DNA from: Candidatus Aenigmatarchaeota archaeon
Lineage (GTDB): Archaea > Aenigmatarchaeota > Aenigmatarchaeia > QMZP01 > QMZT01
Direction: 5' to 3'
DNA: 64,000 nt
Assembly: GCA_963726265.1 (NCBI GenBank)
Contig: CAVSBQ010000002.1
Location: forward strand, 512,001 to 576,000
The translations under genes were made by a program, and so were the position numbers. Under the pieces are notes generated by a model that was not told the DNA's origin, made no database searches, and saw only the letters and a list, made by a program, of their open reading frames with translations. This document shows, in pieces, positions 17,970-28,820 of the stretch; position 1 is the first letter of the stretch; the number at the start of each line of letters is the position of its first letter.

Positions 17970-18613
17970 AGCGCCTGCACTTCTATTTTAGAAAGGACGA
18001 GGTCGCCGTTGTTGCGCGCGGCCTCCTGCATGGTCTCGGAGCCGCCGTATGAGAATGATATCCTGCTGTTGCCGCTCGCCTTGCCCGACTTCACCAGCTG
18101 TATTTTGTAGCCCTTCCACGGTTCGTCGCTGTCCAGCTCGCGGTAGCGCAGCGTGAATATCAGTTCGTAAAGGCCGCCCTGCGTGCTGTTGCCCGTCAGG
18201 GAAAGAACGCCCGGCGTCTCTCCGTAGCGCGCGACCGTGCTATTGTCTATCGTGTTGAACAGCACTTCGCCTTTCGTGATAAGCGGCTGGTTTACCTGAA
18301 AATGATAAGTTATGGTATTGGCGGCCTCGTCGACCGTTATCAAGCCCGGGACGGGCAGGACCAGCGAATCCTCGCATGCGCCCTCGAAAGAACAGGAACC
18401 CGCCATGCCGACTATCTTCGAATCCAGGTCTTCCATGAATTTCACGGCAGAAGTGAACTGCGTCACGACAGAGCGCTTCTCTATCATGGGCCTGCCCCAC
18501 ATGTAGGCCACGCCGACCAGCGCTATTATGATGCCCGATATCAGAACAAGGGTGATAGCCTCCGTCTGCGCCTTTCTTGCGCTTTTTGCGGCATTCCTTC
18601 GCATGTGGCCCAT
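17966..18613 (-). CDS. Pilin-like protein with class III signal peptide
   Basis: RKA|QTEAITLVLISGIIIALVGVAYMWG.P; adjacent to the T4P ATPase operon. Confidence 0.8.
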   Translation of the reverse strand: MGHMRRNAAKSARKAQTEAITLVLISGIIIALVGVAYMWGRPMIEKRSVVTQFTSAVKFMEDLDSKIVGMAGSCSFEGACEDSLVLPVPGLITVDEAANTITYHFQVNQPLITKGEVLFNTIDNSTVARYGETPGVLSLTGNSTQGGLYELIFTLRYRELDSDEPWKGYKIQLVKSGKASGNSRISFSYGGSETMQEAARNNGDLVLSKIEVQAL

Positions 18614-18652
18614 GATATTATATTCTGCTCCGCATTATAAAAATTAGAAAAA

Positions 18653-19381
18653 TCAGCCCTTCTTGACAATAATCCCCTTGTCCGTAATGTCTATCGGAAG
18701 GATATCGGTCACGTGCCTCGTCCTTCTCATCTTCCTTATGGAGATCGACCTTGATATGCCCTCGCCTATGCCGAAAAGACTGAGCACTATCACGCCGTCA
18801 GAAACGAATTCGCTTACCCCGTCGCGTGAAAGGCTGCCGCCTCCGCGCTCGCTTATCTCGTTGTCCAGGACTTCCGAGCTTATCAGCGTGGTGGCGCCGG
18901 TTTTCCTGAGCATCCTTATGATCTCGAAAAGCCGCTTCCTGAGCACGGCAGGGTCCTTCATGTACATGCCCATCAGCGAAACCGGGTCCAGCACGACCCT
19001 CTTCGCGTTCAGCGCGTTGATGGCGTTGACTATCGTCGAGGAGATGTCGGAAGCCTCGAAGGGGTTCTGGTAAAGGAATTTGAATAACCCGTCCTTTTCG
19101 AACCTGCCGAAATCAAAGCCGTAGCGGCGCACGTCTTCTTTTATGTCTTCAGGGTCTTCTTCCATGGTTATGTAAAGCCCCGCCTCACCTTTTTTCAGGC
19201 CGTCATAAATGAACTGGGCGCAGAACGTCGTTTTGCCCGTGCCCGTCCCGCCCGTCACAAGGACTGTGGCGCCTTTGACGAAGCCGCCCTCGATAAGCTC
19301 GTCGAGGCCGTGGATGCCTGTGGAAACCCTCACGGCAGAATCCGCGTATTCACCCTGTCCGAACTCGGCTTTTCTGGGCAT
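18653..19381 (-). CDS. KaiC/RAD55-like single-domain ATPase
   Basis: STGIHGLDELIEGG, GGTGTGKT, YITMEE, RVVLD, EFVSDGVI, IRKMR motifs. Confidence 0.9.
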   Translation of the reverse strand: MPRKAEFGQGEYADSAVRVSTGIHGLDELIEGGFVKGATVLVTGGTGTGKTTFCAQFIYDGLKKGEAGLYITMEEDPEDIKEDVRRYGFDFGRFEKDGLFKFLYQNPFEASDISSTIVNAINALNAKRVVLDPVSLMGMYMKDPAVLRKRLFEIIRMLRKTGATTLISSEVLDNEISERGGGSLSRDGVSEFVSDGVIVLSLFGIGEGISRSISIRKMRRTRHVTDILPIDITDKGIIVKKG

Positions 19382-19474
19382 ATGATAATATTTATCGGGA
19401 CTGCTTATATTTTTAAAATTTTTTCATCAGGCAGTTTTTACATGAATTGGCAAGAACCGTGCAAAAAACATGCG

Positions 19475-20458
19475 CTATTTTTTCCTTTCGATGAGGTATT
19501 CCGCAAAGCCGTCGAGCATGCGCCTTAGCCCTTCAGGCAGCGAAGACGTCACGTCCCTGCTTTCGGCAGCGAGTGCCTTCGCCTTCGCTTTTGCATATTC
19601 CAGCGAGCCATATCTTTCGAAAAGCCGCTTTACGTATTCGATGTCTTCCGTGCGCGTCTCGTCTCTCGGCCTGTCGAGGCTTTCGAACATGCGTTTGCGT
19701 TCGCTATCGCTGCATCTGGAAGCGCAATGAACGACCATGATGCTGCGCTTCCCCTCCTTTATGTCCGAGCCTATCTCGCCGCGACCCTTGCCTTCGGTCA
19801 GGTCGAGCATGTCGTCCGCTATCTGGAATGCCGGCCCGATTTTCATGCCGAAATCGCGGATTTTCCCGACCAAATCGCTCCTGCCGGCGACTATCGCTCC
19901 GCCGACCATCGGAAGCGTCAGATACCACGCGGTCTTCAGCTCTATCATCTTCATGTAGTCTTTCTCTTTAGGCGTCCTCTGGCCGCGCAGATTCATGTCC
20001 ATGGTCTGGCCTTCCGCCGTCTTCACGCTCGTCTCGGCTATTTCGCTGACCAGCGAAAGCTTCGTCTTCTCGTCGAGATGCGAGCCGAGAACGAGCTCGT
20101 AGACCTTTTCCGACATGAAGTCGCCCACGTTTATGCCGTGGGGCATGCCGTATTTGACCCACAGCGCGGGCTTGTCCCTGCGCACGCGGTCGCCGTCCTC
20201 TATGTCGTCGTGGACGAGAAGCCAGTTGTGCAGGAGCTCGCACGCGGCTGCGAAGGGAATGACCTTGTCCGCATCGCCGCCCAGCGCCTCGCACGTAAGG
20301 ATTGCCAGCACGGGTCGTATGCGCTTGCCTCCAGAGTCAAGGTGATACCAGACGGCGTCGTGGAGGTTGGGTATGCCCTTCCTGGATATCGCCTTCTCGA
20401 GCGCTTTCTCTATCACTTTCCCTTTCTTGTCCAGGGCGCGCTCGACCTCTTTCATCAT
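19475..20458 (-). CDS. Polyprenyl (geranylgeranyl) diphosphate synthase
   Basis: GGKRIRP, LVHDDIED...RR, EGQ.MD, KTA, FQIADD, GSDIKEGK motifs. Confidence 0.93.
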   Translation of the reverse strand: MMKEVERALDKKGKVIEKALEKAISRKGIPNLHDAVWYHLDSGGKRIRPVLAILTCEALGGDADKVIPFAAACELLHNWLLVHDDIEDGDRVRRDKPALWVKYGMPHGINVGDFMSEKVYELVLGSHLDEKTKLSLVSEIAETSVKTAEGQTMDMNLRGQRTPKEKDYMKMIELKTAWYLTLPMVGGAIVAGRSDLVGKIRDFGMKIGPAFQIADDMLDLTEGKGRGEIGSDIKEGKRSIMVVHCASRCSDSERKRMFESLDRPRDETRTEDIEYVKRLFERYGSLEYAKAKAKALAAESRDVTSSLPEGLRRMLDGFAEYLIERKK

Positions 20459-20513
20459 GTTTTTATAATTGCCTCCGTGTATTAAAAACAAGCTGCTGCT
20501 CGTTAATTGTAGC

Positions 20514-20882
20514 TTATTCACTCGGTTTTGGCGCGGGAGCCGGCTTCGCTTCTTTCGCCTTTCCGCCTTTGCGCCTGAGCAGCTTGAGCGGCGAGAATAT
20601 GAGTCTCACGAACTTCCAGCCCATGCGAACCGCCGAGTAGGCGATGAACAGACCTATGCCTGTCGCCGCAAACCATATCATGTTGTAAAGCGAAATCTCG
20701 ATGTTCATGCCGAATACCATGCTGCCCACGACCGGGAATAACGCCGCAACAAGACCTATCATGAACGCCTTGAACAGGAACTTGACCAGCTTGTAGGCGA
20801 CTATGGTGAAGATTATGAATACGACGAAGAAAATGAGCACGCTCTGGTCGCCCAGCCCCCCAAGCCCGAGGAATTCGAACAT
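20514..20882 (-). CDS. Small membrane protein (about 3 TM), unknown function
   Basis: Hydrophobic ORF from MFEFLGLGGL with a basic tail; host-like codon use. Confidence 0.7.
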   Translation of the reverse strand: MFEFLGLGGLGDQSVLIFFVVFIIFTIVAYKLVKFLFKAFMIGLVAALFPVVGSMVFGMNIEISLYNMIWFAATGIGLFIAYSAVRMGWKFVRLIFSPLKLLRRKGGKAKEAKPAPAPKPSE

Positions 20883-20914
20883 GTTTATAAATTGCTTTTC
20901 TTTCTTTAATTTGT

Positions 20915-21172
20915 ATGGGTCTTGAAAGCGAGCTGGAAAGGGAGACGAACAAGTGGACCATAAAAATAGAGAAGGCAATGAAAAGCGTCAAGCTCAGAAA
21001 TAAATACCAGAAAGACCCGTCAAAACAGCGCCTCCTTGAAAACATCCATGCCTACATAAAAGACTCGAAACACTTCGCAGAAAAAGGCGACCCAATTCGC
21101 GCGTTCGAAGCCATCATATGGGCCTGGGCGTGGCTCGAAATCCTCAAAGACCTGGGGATTCTGGAAAACTAG
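20915..21172 (+). CDS. DUF357-like protein
   Basis: AYIKDSKHF..KGD.IRAFEAIIWAWAWLE pattern. Confidence 0.8.
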   Translation: MGLESELERETNKWTIKIEKAMKSVKLRNKYQKDPSKQRLLENIHAYIKDSKHFAEKGDPIRAFEAIIWAWAWLEILKDLGILEN

Positions 21173-24100
21173 ATTGTGAAACTGAAATCCTTTGTAGCAG
21201 TTGAAGTGCCCGCAGTGCATGTCATTTTGCATTCATATGTCCCAGCAGGCAAATCCAGAGGGGGACCTTTTGTAAGCTCTTGCGTGAAACTGGAAGCGGT
21301 GCCAGAGCTGACATCGAGGGTTTCTTGACTTTGGGGATATTTGCAGGAAAATGAACAAGTCGATTTTACGCTCGTTGTCCACGTAAACGTCAAAATGTCT
21401 CCGCTTTTCGCTGTTGTTACATCGGATATCGTCAGTTGTGTGGTCGTTGAACTTTGCGATTGCTGCGAGGTCGTGCTCCCCTTCGTATAATGCAGGACTA
21501 TGCTCTTCGTCTTGGTTGCTGTCGCCGTGATGGTTATATCGCCGTCCTTGCATTTGCTGGTGGAAAATTTGAGCGTCATAAAGTTGCTTGATTGCTGGCC
21601 AAAGTTCCACGTGACCGGTGTTCCGCTGGTCGTGGTGGCTGGTGATGTGTAACTGCAGTCATCGGTATGCGTATCGCCGCCGCCATTGCACACAATGTTG
21701 ATCGTCTGTTCCTTCGAGAAACCGTCGCACATGCGCGATTGGATGTCAAGTTCACCATCGCCTTCAATATTATCTCCGTTGGCCCTTTCCCTTCCGCCGT
21801 AGCTTACTCTGAAGCTTGTCTGGTAATTGCCCATGGTGCCTACATAAGTGGCTGTTGTCAGCACCTTGTTGAAGAACGTGTCGAAGGCTCCTGTGAACGT
21901 GCTGAAACACTGCATCATGCTACTCATGACGTTCTTGGAGGCTGTCAGCTCTGCCTGGGTCGCGTATGCCTCGCTGCTTGCGCTGGAAGCCATCCTGGAG
22001 CCTGCTTCAACCTCTGACTGAACCATGTCCATGCACATATCGAACTGCAGGTAGGCTATCCAGAACTGTATAAAGCTCATTATGAGGGGCATGACATTCA
22101 TGACCACGTTGCAGACATGGCGCATGCCGCTTCCGATAGCCGACACCGTGTTGAAGCCCTTCTCCCATGACGAGTTCTCCTCGGCTATCCATCCGCCTAT
22201 TTCGCCAACGAGCCTCGGAAGGACGCAGGTTATGAAACCCCATTTCAGGCCGCCTTCCATGGCCGTTGTAAGATCATTTTTCTCGCCTTCCACGCTGCCG
22301 CTGAAGAGCTTCATCTTGTCCAGAAGCAATACGAATGTCAGGATGCCTATGACAGCGCTCACGGCAACCGCCATCCATTCTCCTCCGCTACCGGAACTGC
22401 TACTTCCCTGCGGAAGCGAAGAACATGCATCTGAAAAAGCTGTGCAACTTATTCCTACAGGTCTATCATCAGTGACGCGGCATTTTGCATCATCGCACCA
22501 AATTTTTCCGCTTCTAATACATTTTTCACATTCGGTGAGTGTGGTGATGCATTTTCCCGTTGTCTTGTCGCAGGTCTGGTCTGCGTTGCAGATTTCTTTG
22601 CAGCTGCTGTCACCACCCACGCCTTTTATCGCTCCTTTTATGTTGTCTATCATGGCGTTACCTGCGCTGCAGACTGCACAGAATGAAAGGACTTTGATGG
22701 CGGTCTTGAATATGCCGTTGACGCTGTCAAACATGTCCTGCATCTTCTTCTTCATCTTTTCAGCGTTGACCATGGCATCGGATTTCATGGGTTTGACTGC
22801 TATCGAACCGTCGAGCTTCGATATCGTCTCCTTGGCCAGATCGCCCGCGTATTTGACATAGACGCTGATGTTCGCGCTGCCCATGGAGATGGGCTCGAAC
22901 GTCTGGTCAGGGTCGTCGGTGACGTTGTATCCCGGCTCGTCCGGAAGGTTTATCAAAGGCCCTATCTGGAACGGGCACACGTATTTGTCCGAATCCGCCT
23001 CCTTCCTGCAGCCGCCGAGCGCGCGCTCGTTAGCAGCGACAGTGTCGCCTGTCATCTTGACGTCAAAGCCGTATACGCTGAGGTCTGTGAGCTCGACTTC
23101 TTCATTCGCGTTATATACCCTGAGCGTCACGTTCTGGTTCGAGCCTGAAGCAATCGAGCATGAAACGCCCTTGCCATACCGCCCCTGTATCTGGCAATCT
23201 AGTTCCTTGACGGGCGTCGTGATGATGTCCATCTCTATCTGGTAAAGCCTGTCGTCCCTTACTATCTGTGCGTCGAGCGTCGCCTCAGCCTTCTTTCCCG
23301 TGGCGGAGAGCGCGGTGAGCATGAGCTGACCTTCGCCGTCCTCGCACCTCTGGAACATCCTGTAATCAAGATAAAGTGAGCATTCGTAATCCTCTATGCG
23401 GTGGGCTCCCATCTTCTGCTGGCTCTTCAGCTTGCATATGGTCGAGTTCGCCTCGGGCGAGACTCCCATGCCCTTGGTTAGCTTGCCCTTGTCGTCCTGC
23501 GCGTCGAGCCTGAAGGACCATGTCAGGTCGTCCTTCGCTTCGGCATGGAGCAAATCCGCATACATTATTCTGACGTAACCTGAATCGCCCAGTTTCAGGG
23601 ATTTCGAGCCCAGGCAGTTGATCGGGCTTTGTATGGCGCCAGCCGCGACGTCGTTGTCAACAACCTCGACGTAAGGTTCGAGCGGCCTCGCCACGACGGC
23701 TATGTCCTTCGTGCCGCCGATCGACATCTGCTGGCTGCCGGACTTTACAAGGAACGCCAGCCTGAGCGGGTAATAATGCGAGCCGCCGCCAGGCACGAGC
23801 TCACCTGAGCCGCACTTGACTTTTTCAAGGAGCTTGTCCGAGGGGATGGTGCAGGTTATGCTCTGCCCCTGCTGCGTGCAGTATTTGGCGTTCTGCGAAA
23901 CAGACGCGCCGTTGAAGGTTATGGTCTCCTCGCTGAGCGTGAAGCTCTGGATGTTCTTGGCGGTCGCGGAAATCTTTACCGTGTCCTGGTTCTGCTGGGT
24001 CTGGCCTTCGCAGTAAAGCGTGTCCGGACTCGCGCTCTGGATGTCCACGCCCGCCTGCTCAGCGAGGACATAGACGTCGAGCGTCTTCGAAACATCGTAA

Positions 24101-26831
24101 GCTTTTTTACCGCTGATCTTGAGCGTGACACTGACGTGGTTGACACCTATCGCCGCGGCCGAAGCCGCTGTTATGGTGACGTTGCAATTGAAATAATATT
24201 CTATGTTGCTTTCAGCACACGTCCCGCTTATCCATGAATTCGACACCAGCGTCGCCTCGTGCTTGAGCTGGTTCTCGGCGGCATTGTGGACGGTCACGTA
24301 AAGCGAAGCAGATGTGTGGTTGCCCTGATATGCTTCGAGTTTGGCTGGCGTCGTGGAAACTATTTCAAGCCACGGCGCTGCCTGGCTGGAAAACGACGAC
24401 ACTAGAATGTTCATGGGGAATGAAAGCGTCGTTCCCTGAACGGAGAAAAGCACGGGCAGGCTGCTTTGCGCGTAACTTTCAGGAATGTCAAACTGCGTGC
24501 CTGCGCAGGTATAGAAATCGCGGTTGCTCGTAGACGACTCCTTGCTGCACGTCATCGTCTGGCCGCTCTTGCCAAGATACGTGTAAGCGAACGCGGGGTT
24601 GTCGCCGACCATCTTAGGATACTGGATGAAAAGGTTTACGGTGAGCGTGTTTTCACCGCCTGCCGTCAGCGTGTCCGGCGCAATGGAATATACCTGCATG
24701 TGCGGCTCGGGCAGCGTCACGTAAACGTTCTGCGGATTGCTTGTAATCTCCTTTGACGAATATGTGAATTTCAGCAGGAGCGTGAGCGAGCTGCTCATGA
24801 GGTCGCACAGGTCGTCTTTCGGTATCGTGCACGTGTAGGTTACGCCGGATGCGGAGCAGGCCAGCGTATTGTAGCTCTTGCCCCCGTCGACGGAGTATGT
24901 GGTGTTAGGCGTTCCCTGGATGTTGTCGGTCCTTGCGGTCACCGTGAGCGACGGACTCTGGACGCAGTCCAGCGGCGACGATGTCGAGATTATCCTGAGC
25001 GATGGCTCTGCGGCTGGCTGCAATATCTGGAAGAAGGCGTTCGCATTCAGTTGTTTCGTCGCGCCGTTCATGAAGCCGTCCAGGCGGAACGACAGCGTCT
25101 CGACGCCCTGCCTTGCCTGCGGTATTTCAAGGCTTGCCGAGCATTTGTAATATTTTATGTTGGAATACGATGTCTCCAGCGAGCAGTTCATCGTAGCGAA
25201 ATCCTTGGACAGGTATTTGTAGCTGAAGCTGCTGATCGTGTAGGTGATGAAGTCGGGATAGTTTACATGTAGCAGGACATTCACGGCCGTGGTTTTGCCC
25301 GCCTCGACGGACTGCGGAGTCAGCGTGTCTATGCCCAGGCTCGGTGGCGGGAAGGTTACCAGTACGTCCGAAGGCAGCGAAAGCACCTCGGTCTCGCCGT
25401 AGACGAACTTGAAGGTTAGCTGCAGGCTCTCCTGGACGAGCTGGCATAATGCATTCTCGGAAATGGTGCAGGTGTAGCTGCTGCCGGAGCCAGTGCAGTT
25501 GAGCGCGTTGAAATTCTTGCTATCGAACGAATAGTATGTTTTAGGCGTAACGCCTGCAGGATTGGAAACCTGGAGCTTCGCCGTCAGGCCGCTGTCGATG
25601 CCGCAGTCGAATGGCGCGGGCAACAGCGAACTGAGCGTGAGCTTTGCGGCAGCCTGGCTTAGCGTGACTGGGAAGCTGCCTGATATCTGCACGCCGCCCG
25701 CGTAATTGAAAACCACCCTGATGGTCGACGTGCCGGGCGCCGTGCATGCCGGGAACTTTGAAACAGGGATGGTGCAGTGGTAGGAATATATGCTCGCGTT
25801 CGGGTTTATCACCGAGCACGCGATCGCTCCGTCGGCTGAGTGCGCGCCGTCGATGGTGTAATAATAAGACTGGAAGTAGCCAGCGCTGGTGTTGTCCGCG
25901 TGCATGTCAGCGCTTATGACGTCGCTGCTCCAGCATGGCGTTATCTGGGGCGACCAGGTGTCGATGACGAGCTTCGCGCCGCCAGCGGCTGGCGGGCCTG
26001 ATGCCGTGGAGTAGAAAATCACCGGGCTGGCTATCCTGCTGTTGCCGGCCAGGACGAAGTCCCAGGCCGAGGCGCTCCTGTTGAAAATATTGCCGCCTGT
26101 CTTTGACGAATAGAAGGACGGAATGTCCGTCCCTGACGGGTCGATATTGGCGTTGCTGCCGTAAAGGTCGTAAACATTCGCTACCGCCGATCCGCCAACG
26201 GGCTGGAATACCGAGCGGTTCATGTCGTCGGAAGGGACCGCATAGTAACTCTCGATGTAGCTCTTGACGCTCTCGCCCGTTACGCCCTGCTTGAGGTAAA
26301 CGTCCAGCCTCTCGGCTTCGTAGGCATCGGAGGAGTGAACGTCCTTATGCCGGTTTTCGTGACCTTGTCCCAGCTGGCGCTCCACACCTCCTTGCCCGAG
26401 ATGTCGAGCTTGACCAGCATCAGGAAATTGCCGACGCTGCCGGAGCTGACCTCGTCCCACTTATATTTGTTGTTGAAAACGAGGGTGGAGCTTCCCGTAT
26501 TGGCCGCTATGTCCGGCACTATGCCGTTAGTGATGCACTGGCCTGGATCGAAGCCTTTGCATCTGAAAAGGTATACTTTCTTGATGATATTGGAAGGGAG
26601 CTTGCTCGAAAGGCGGACCTGGAGGTATTGGTAGTTCTGCTCGTAAGGGTATGTAATCTCCTTCTGTATCAGGTCCGAAAACTTCGGCATGCTCGCCGAA
26701 ACTTCCTGGCCGCCTGAGGTGAATATCTTCACCTCAAGCGCGGAAGTGATCACAACGCTGAGCATCAGGTAAGAGCAGAAAACTGCGACTGCCTGAACTA
26801 CCAGCAACTGCCATCCTTTGAGTTTCAACAT
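21169..26831 (-). CDS. Giant (about 1,880 aa) Cys-rich surface protein with tandem beta-rich repeats and a C-proximal hydrophobic helical region; one frameshift near 26325-26345
   Basis: Signal-like N-terminus MLKLKGWQLLVVQAVAVF (ATG 26831) in the 26280-26876 ORF continues into the 21169-26460 ORF; about 9 repeats of the form LxIxSxxP...C...YxCxI. Confidence 0.8.
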
Positions 26832-26833
26832 AT

Positions 26834-28714
26834 TCAACACGAAAGCTCTGAATCGCTCACGGCCTGGCCGCCGCATTTCGCTTTCACAAGGCTCGTGAGC
26901 TTAGCTGCTTCTGCCGGGTCTATGCCCGGCGCGGGAAGATCTGAACCGTCCGCCTTAAGCACCGCCGGAAGATAGACGTAGATGTCTTTCTTGCCTTCCT
27001 TTATCTCGAATTGCGTGTCTATGTAGCCGACCGGCATGCTGTTTTCCTCGTCCGTCGTATCGGACAGGCTTGCGGTAATCCTGTATTCCACCGGCTGTAT
27101 GCCTGGCGTCTGGGTCGCGGTGAGCAGCCCGCCGCTTTCATCGTAGTTGGTCAGAACTATAGCAGAATCCTCCCCGGTGAAGTAGTTCGGGTCCTCGGGA
27201 GAGAACGTAAGGAAAAGCGTCAGCTTCCTGTCGCCGAAAGCCGTCAGATCCTTTGAGGCGCTCTTTATGCTGTAGGAGCCGTATACGCCGTTGCTGCCTG
27301 TGCCGCTTGCCTCGGCCTCAAGGGCCTTGAAATGGATGGTTATCGTGTCCTCTATTTTTTCCATGGTAACCGTTTTATCCGCGACCTCGTCCGATCTGAA
27401 CAGGTCGCCGAACGTCCTGTAGCCGGTGCTGTAAACGTGCAGCTCGCTTACGATGCACGGTATCTTGGCCTCGACCACACCGTTCTTGTCAGTCTTGCCC
27501 ACATCGCATATGTAGAACGATACATCAGCGCCCTCTATCGGCTTTCCGGCAGTGTCCTTGACCGTGACTTTGGCGCTGCACTTCGCGTCCGTAACGCACG
27601 TCTTGGTGTATTCTGACTCCTGGCCGAATTCGGCCGTGCAGTTGCCGGGCTGCGTGTTCTGGACGTCGACCATGACTGCGAACTTGAACCACTGGCCGAG
27701 GGTCGTGTCCTCGACCATCACGACCACCGGATAGCGGAAGGAATAGGCTACTGAATACGGGCCCATGCATATCGGTATCAGCGGCATTATGGGCTTGGGT
27801 ATGACCCTGAGCGGGTCAGGCGAAAACATGAAATATTTGTCGATTTCCGAGTCCCACGAATCGGGATAGGCGAAGGCGACCTGCATGTCCGGGTAGAACT
27901 TGCCTCCCACGCTGCTTATGGGGTAGAACGGGTTTTCCGCGAGCTTGAGCGGCTGCGTGTTCCATACGACGTGCGAGACCGTGTATCTTATGATGCCCTT
28001 TATGCCCGGGAGCAGCTGGCTCCTGGTCTTGGACAGTATGTTGCCGCAGCCCGCCTGCACGCCGGCGACGGGAACCCATGCCTCGCTGTCCGGGTTGGAA
28101 TGGACCATCGAAGTTACGGTGACCATCTCGAAGAACCTGTTCTTGGCATTGTCGCTGACGAAGTTATTGGAGAAGTCAAGGACGTCGTAGAGCTTCGAGT
28201 TCAGGGAAATTTCGTAGGGCTGGGCGATGTCGAGATCTTCGACTTTCGTGGGCAGGTAGATGCGCACGTTGAGCCTGTCCTTAAAAATATCAACCTCGTA
28301 TTTCGGCTTGCTGAAATCGAACGTGACTTTCTTGCCGTAGAACTCCATCTCATCCTCCAGGTTCTCGCGCAGGTAGGCCCATACGCCGGCGCCTATCTCC
28401 TTCGATACATCAGGCACGTTGCTCTCGCCGCAGGCCGACCAGACCTGAGTGTCGAACATGCCAAACGTCACCGTAGGCGAGCCTGGCTTCAGCACGCCTC
28501 CCTGGTTGTATATGAGAAGCAGCTTGTCCTTCGCCCCTGCCCTGATGAGGTTGACGACGGAGTCTTTTATCGTCTTCGCCTCTTCGGTAAGGCCTGGGGT
28601 TATGGAAGGCTGTATGGCCGCCTGCCTTGAGGCCAGGACAACCGCGACGATGGCAACGACAACAAGCGCGATTATGACGATGAATTCGACCTGCCCTTTC
28701 TTGCGGGAATTCAT
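26834..28714 (-). CDS. Large pilin-like protein with class III signal peptide and carboxypeptidase-regulatory-like domain
   Basis: MNSRKKG|QVEFIVIIALVVVAIVAV; VKDTAGKPIEGADV..GKTDKNG motif. Confidence 0.8.
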   Translation of the reverse strand: MNSRKKGQVEFIVIIALVVVAIVAVVLASRQAAIQPSITPGLTEEAKTIKDSVVNLIRAGAKDKLLLIYNQGGVLKPGSPTVTFGMFDTQVWSACGESNVPDVSKEIGAGVWAYLRENLEDEMEFYGKKVTFDFSKPKYEVDIFKDRLNVRIYLPTKVEDLDIAQPYEISLNSKLYDVLDFSNNFVSDNAKNRFFEMVTVTSMVHSNPDSEAWVPVAGVQAGCGNILSKTRSQLLPGIKGIIRYTVSHVVWNTQPLKLAENPFYPISSVGGKFYPDMQVAFAYPDSWDSEIDKYFMFSPDPLRVIPKPIMPLIPICMGPYSVAYSFRYPVVVMVEDTTLGQWFKFAVMVDVQNTQPGNCTAEFGQESEYTKTCVTDAKCSAKVTVKDTAGKPIEGADVSFYICDVGKTDKNGVVEAKIPCIVSELHVYSTGYRTFGDLFRSDEVADKTVTMEKIEDTITIHFKALEAEASGTGSNGVYGSYSIKSASKDLTAFGDRKLTLFLTFSPEDPNYFTGEDSAIVLTNYDESGGLLTATQTPGIQPVEYRITASLSDTTDEENSMPVGYIDTQFEIKEGKKDIYVYLPAVLKADGSDLPAPGIDPAEAAKLTSLVKAKCGGQAVSDSELSC

Positions 28715-28820
28715 ATAATAATATTTCACACTATCACTTATAACCTTTAATAGCAAACCTTTTTAACGCCATTTCTCCGGCCTAAACGTGCCAGCGCGTA
28801 TCGTCTTTGCATGCTTGATG

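Noticed and set aside
13766..19381. Archaellum operon
   Set aside because: No recognisable archaellins or FlaF/FlaG; two separate TadB/TadC-like genes fit a pilus system better than single FlaJ.
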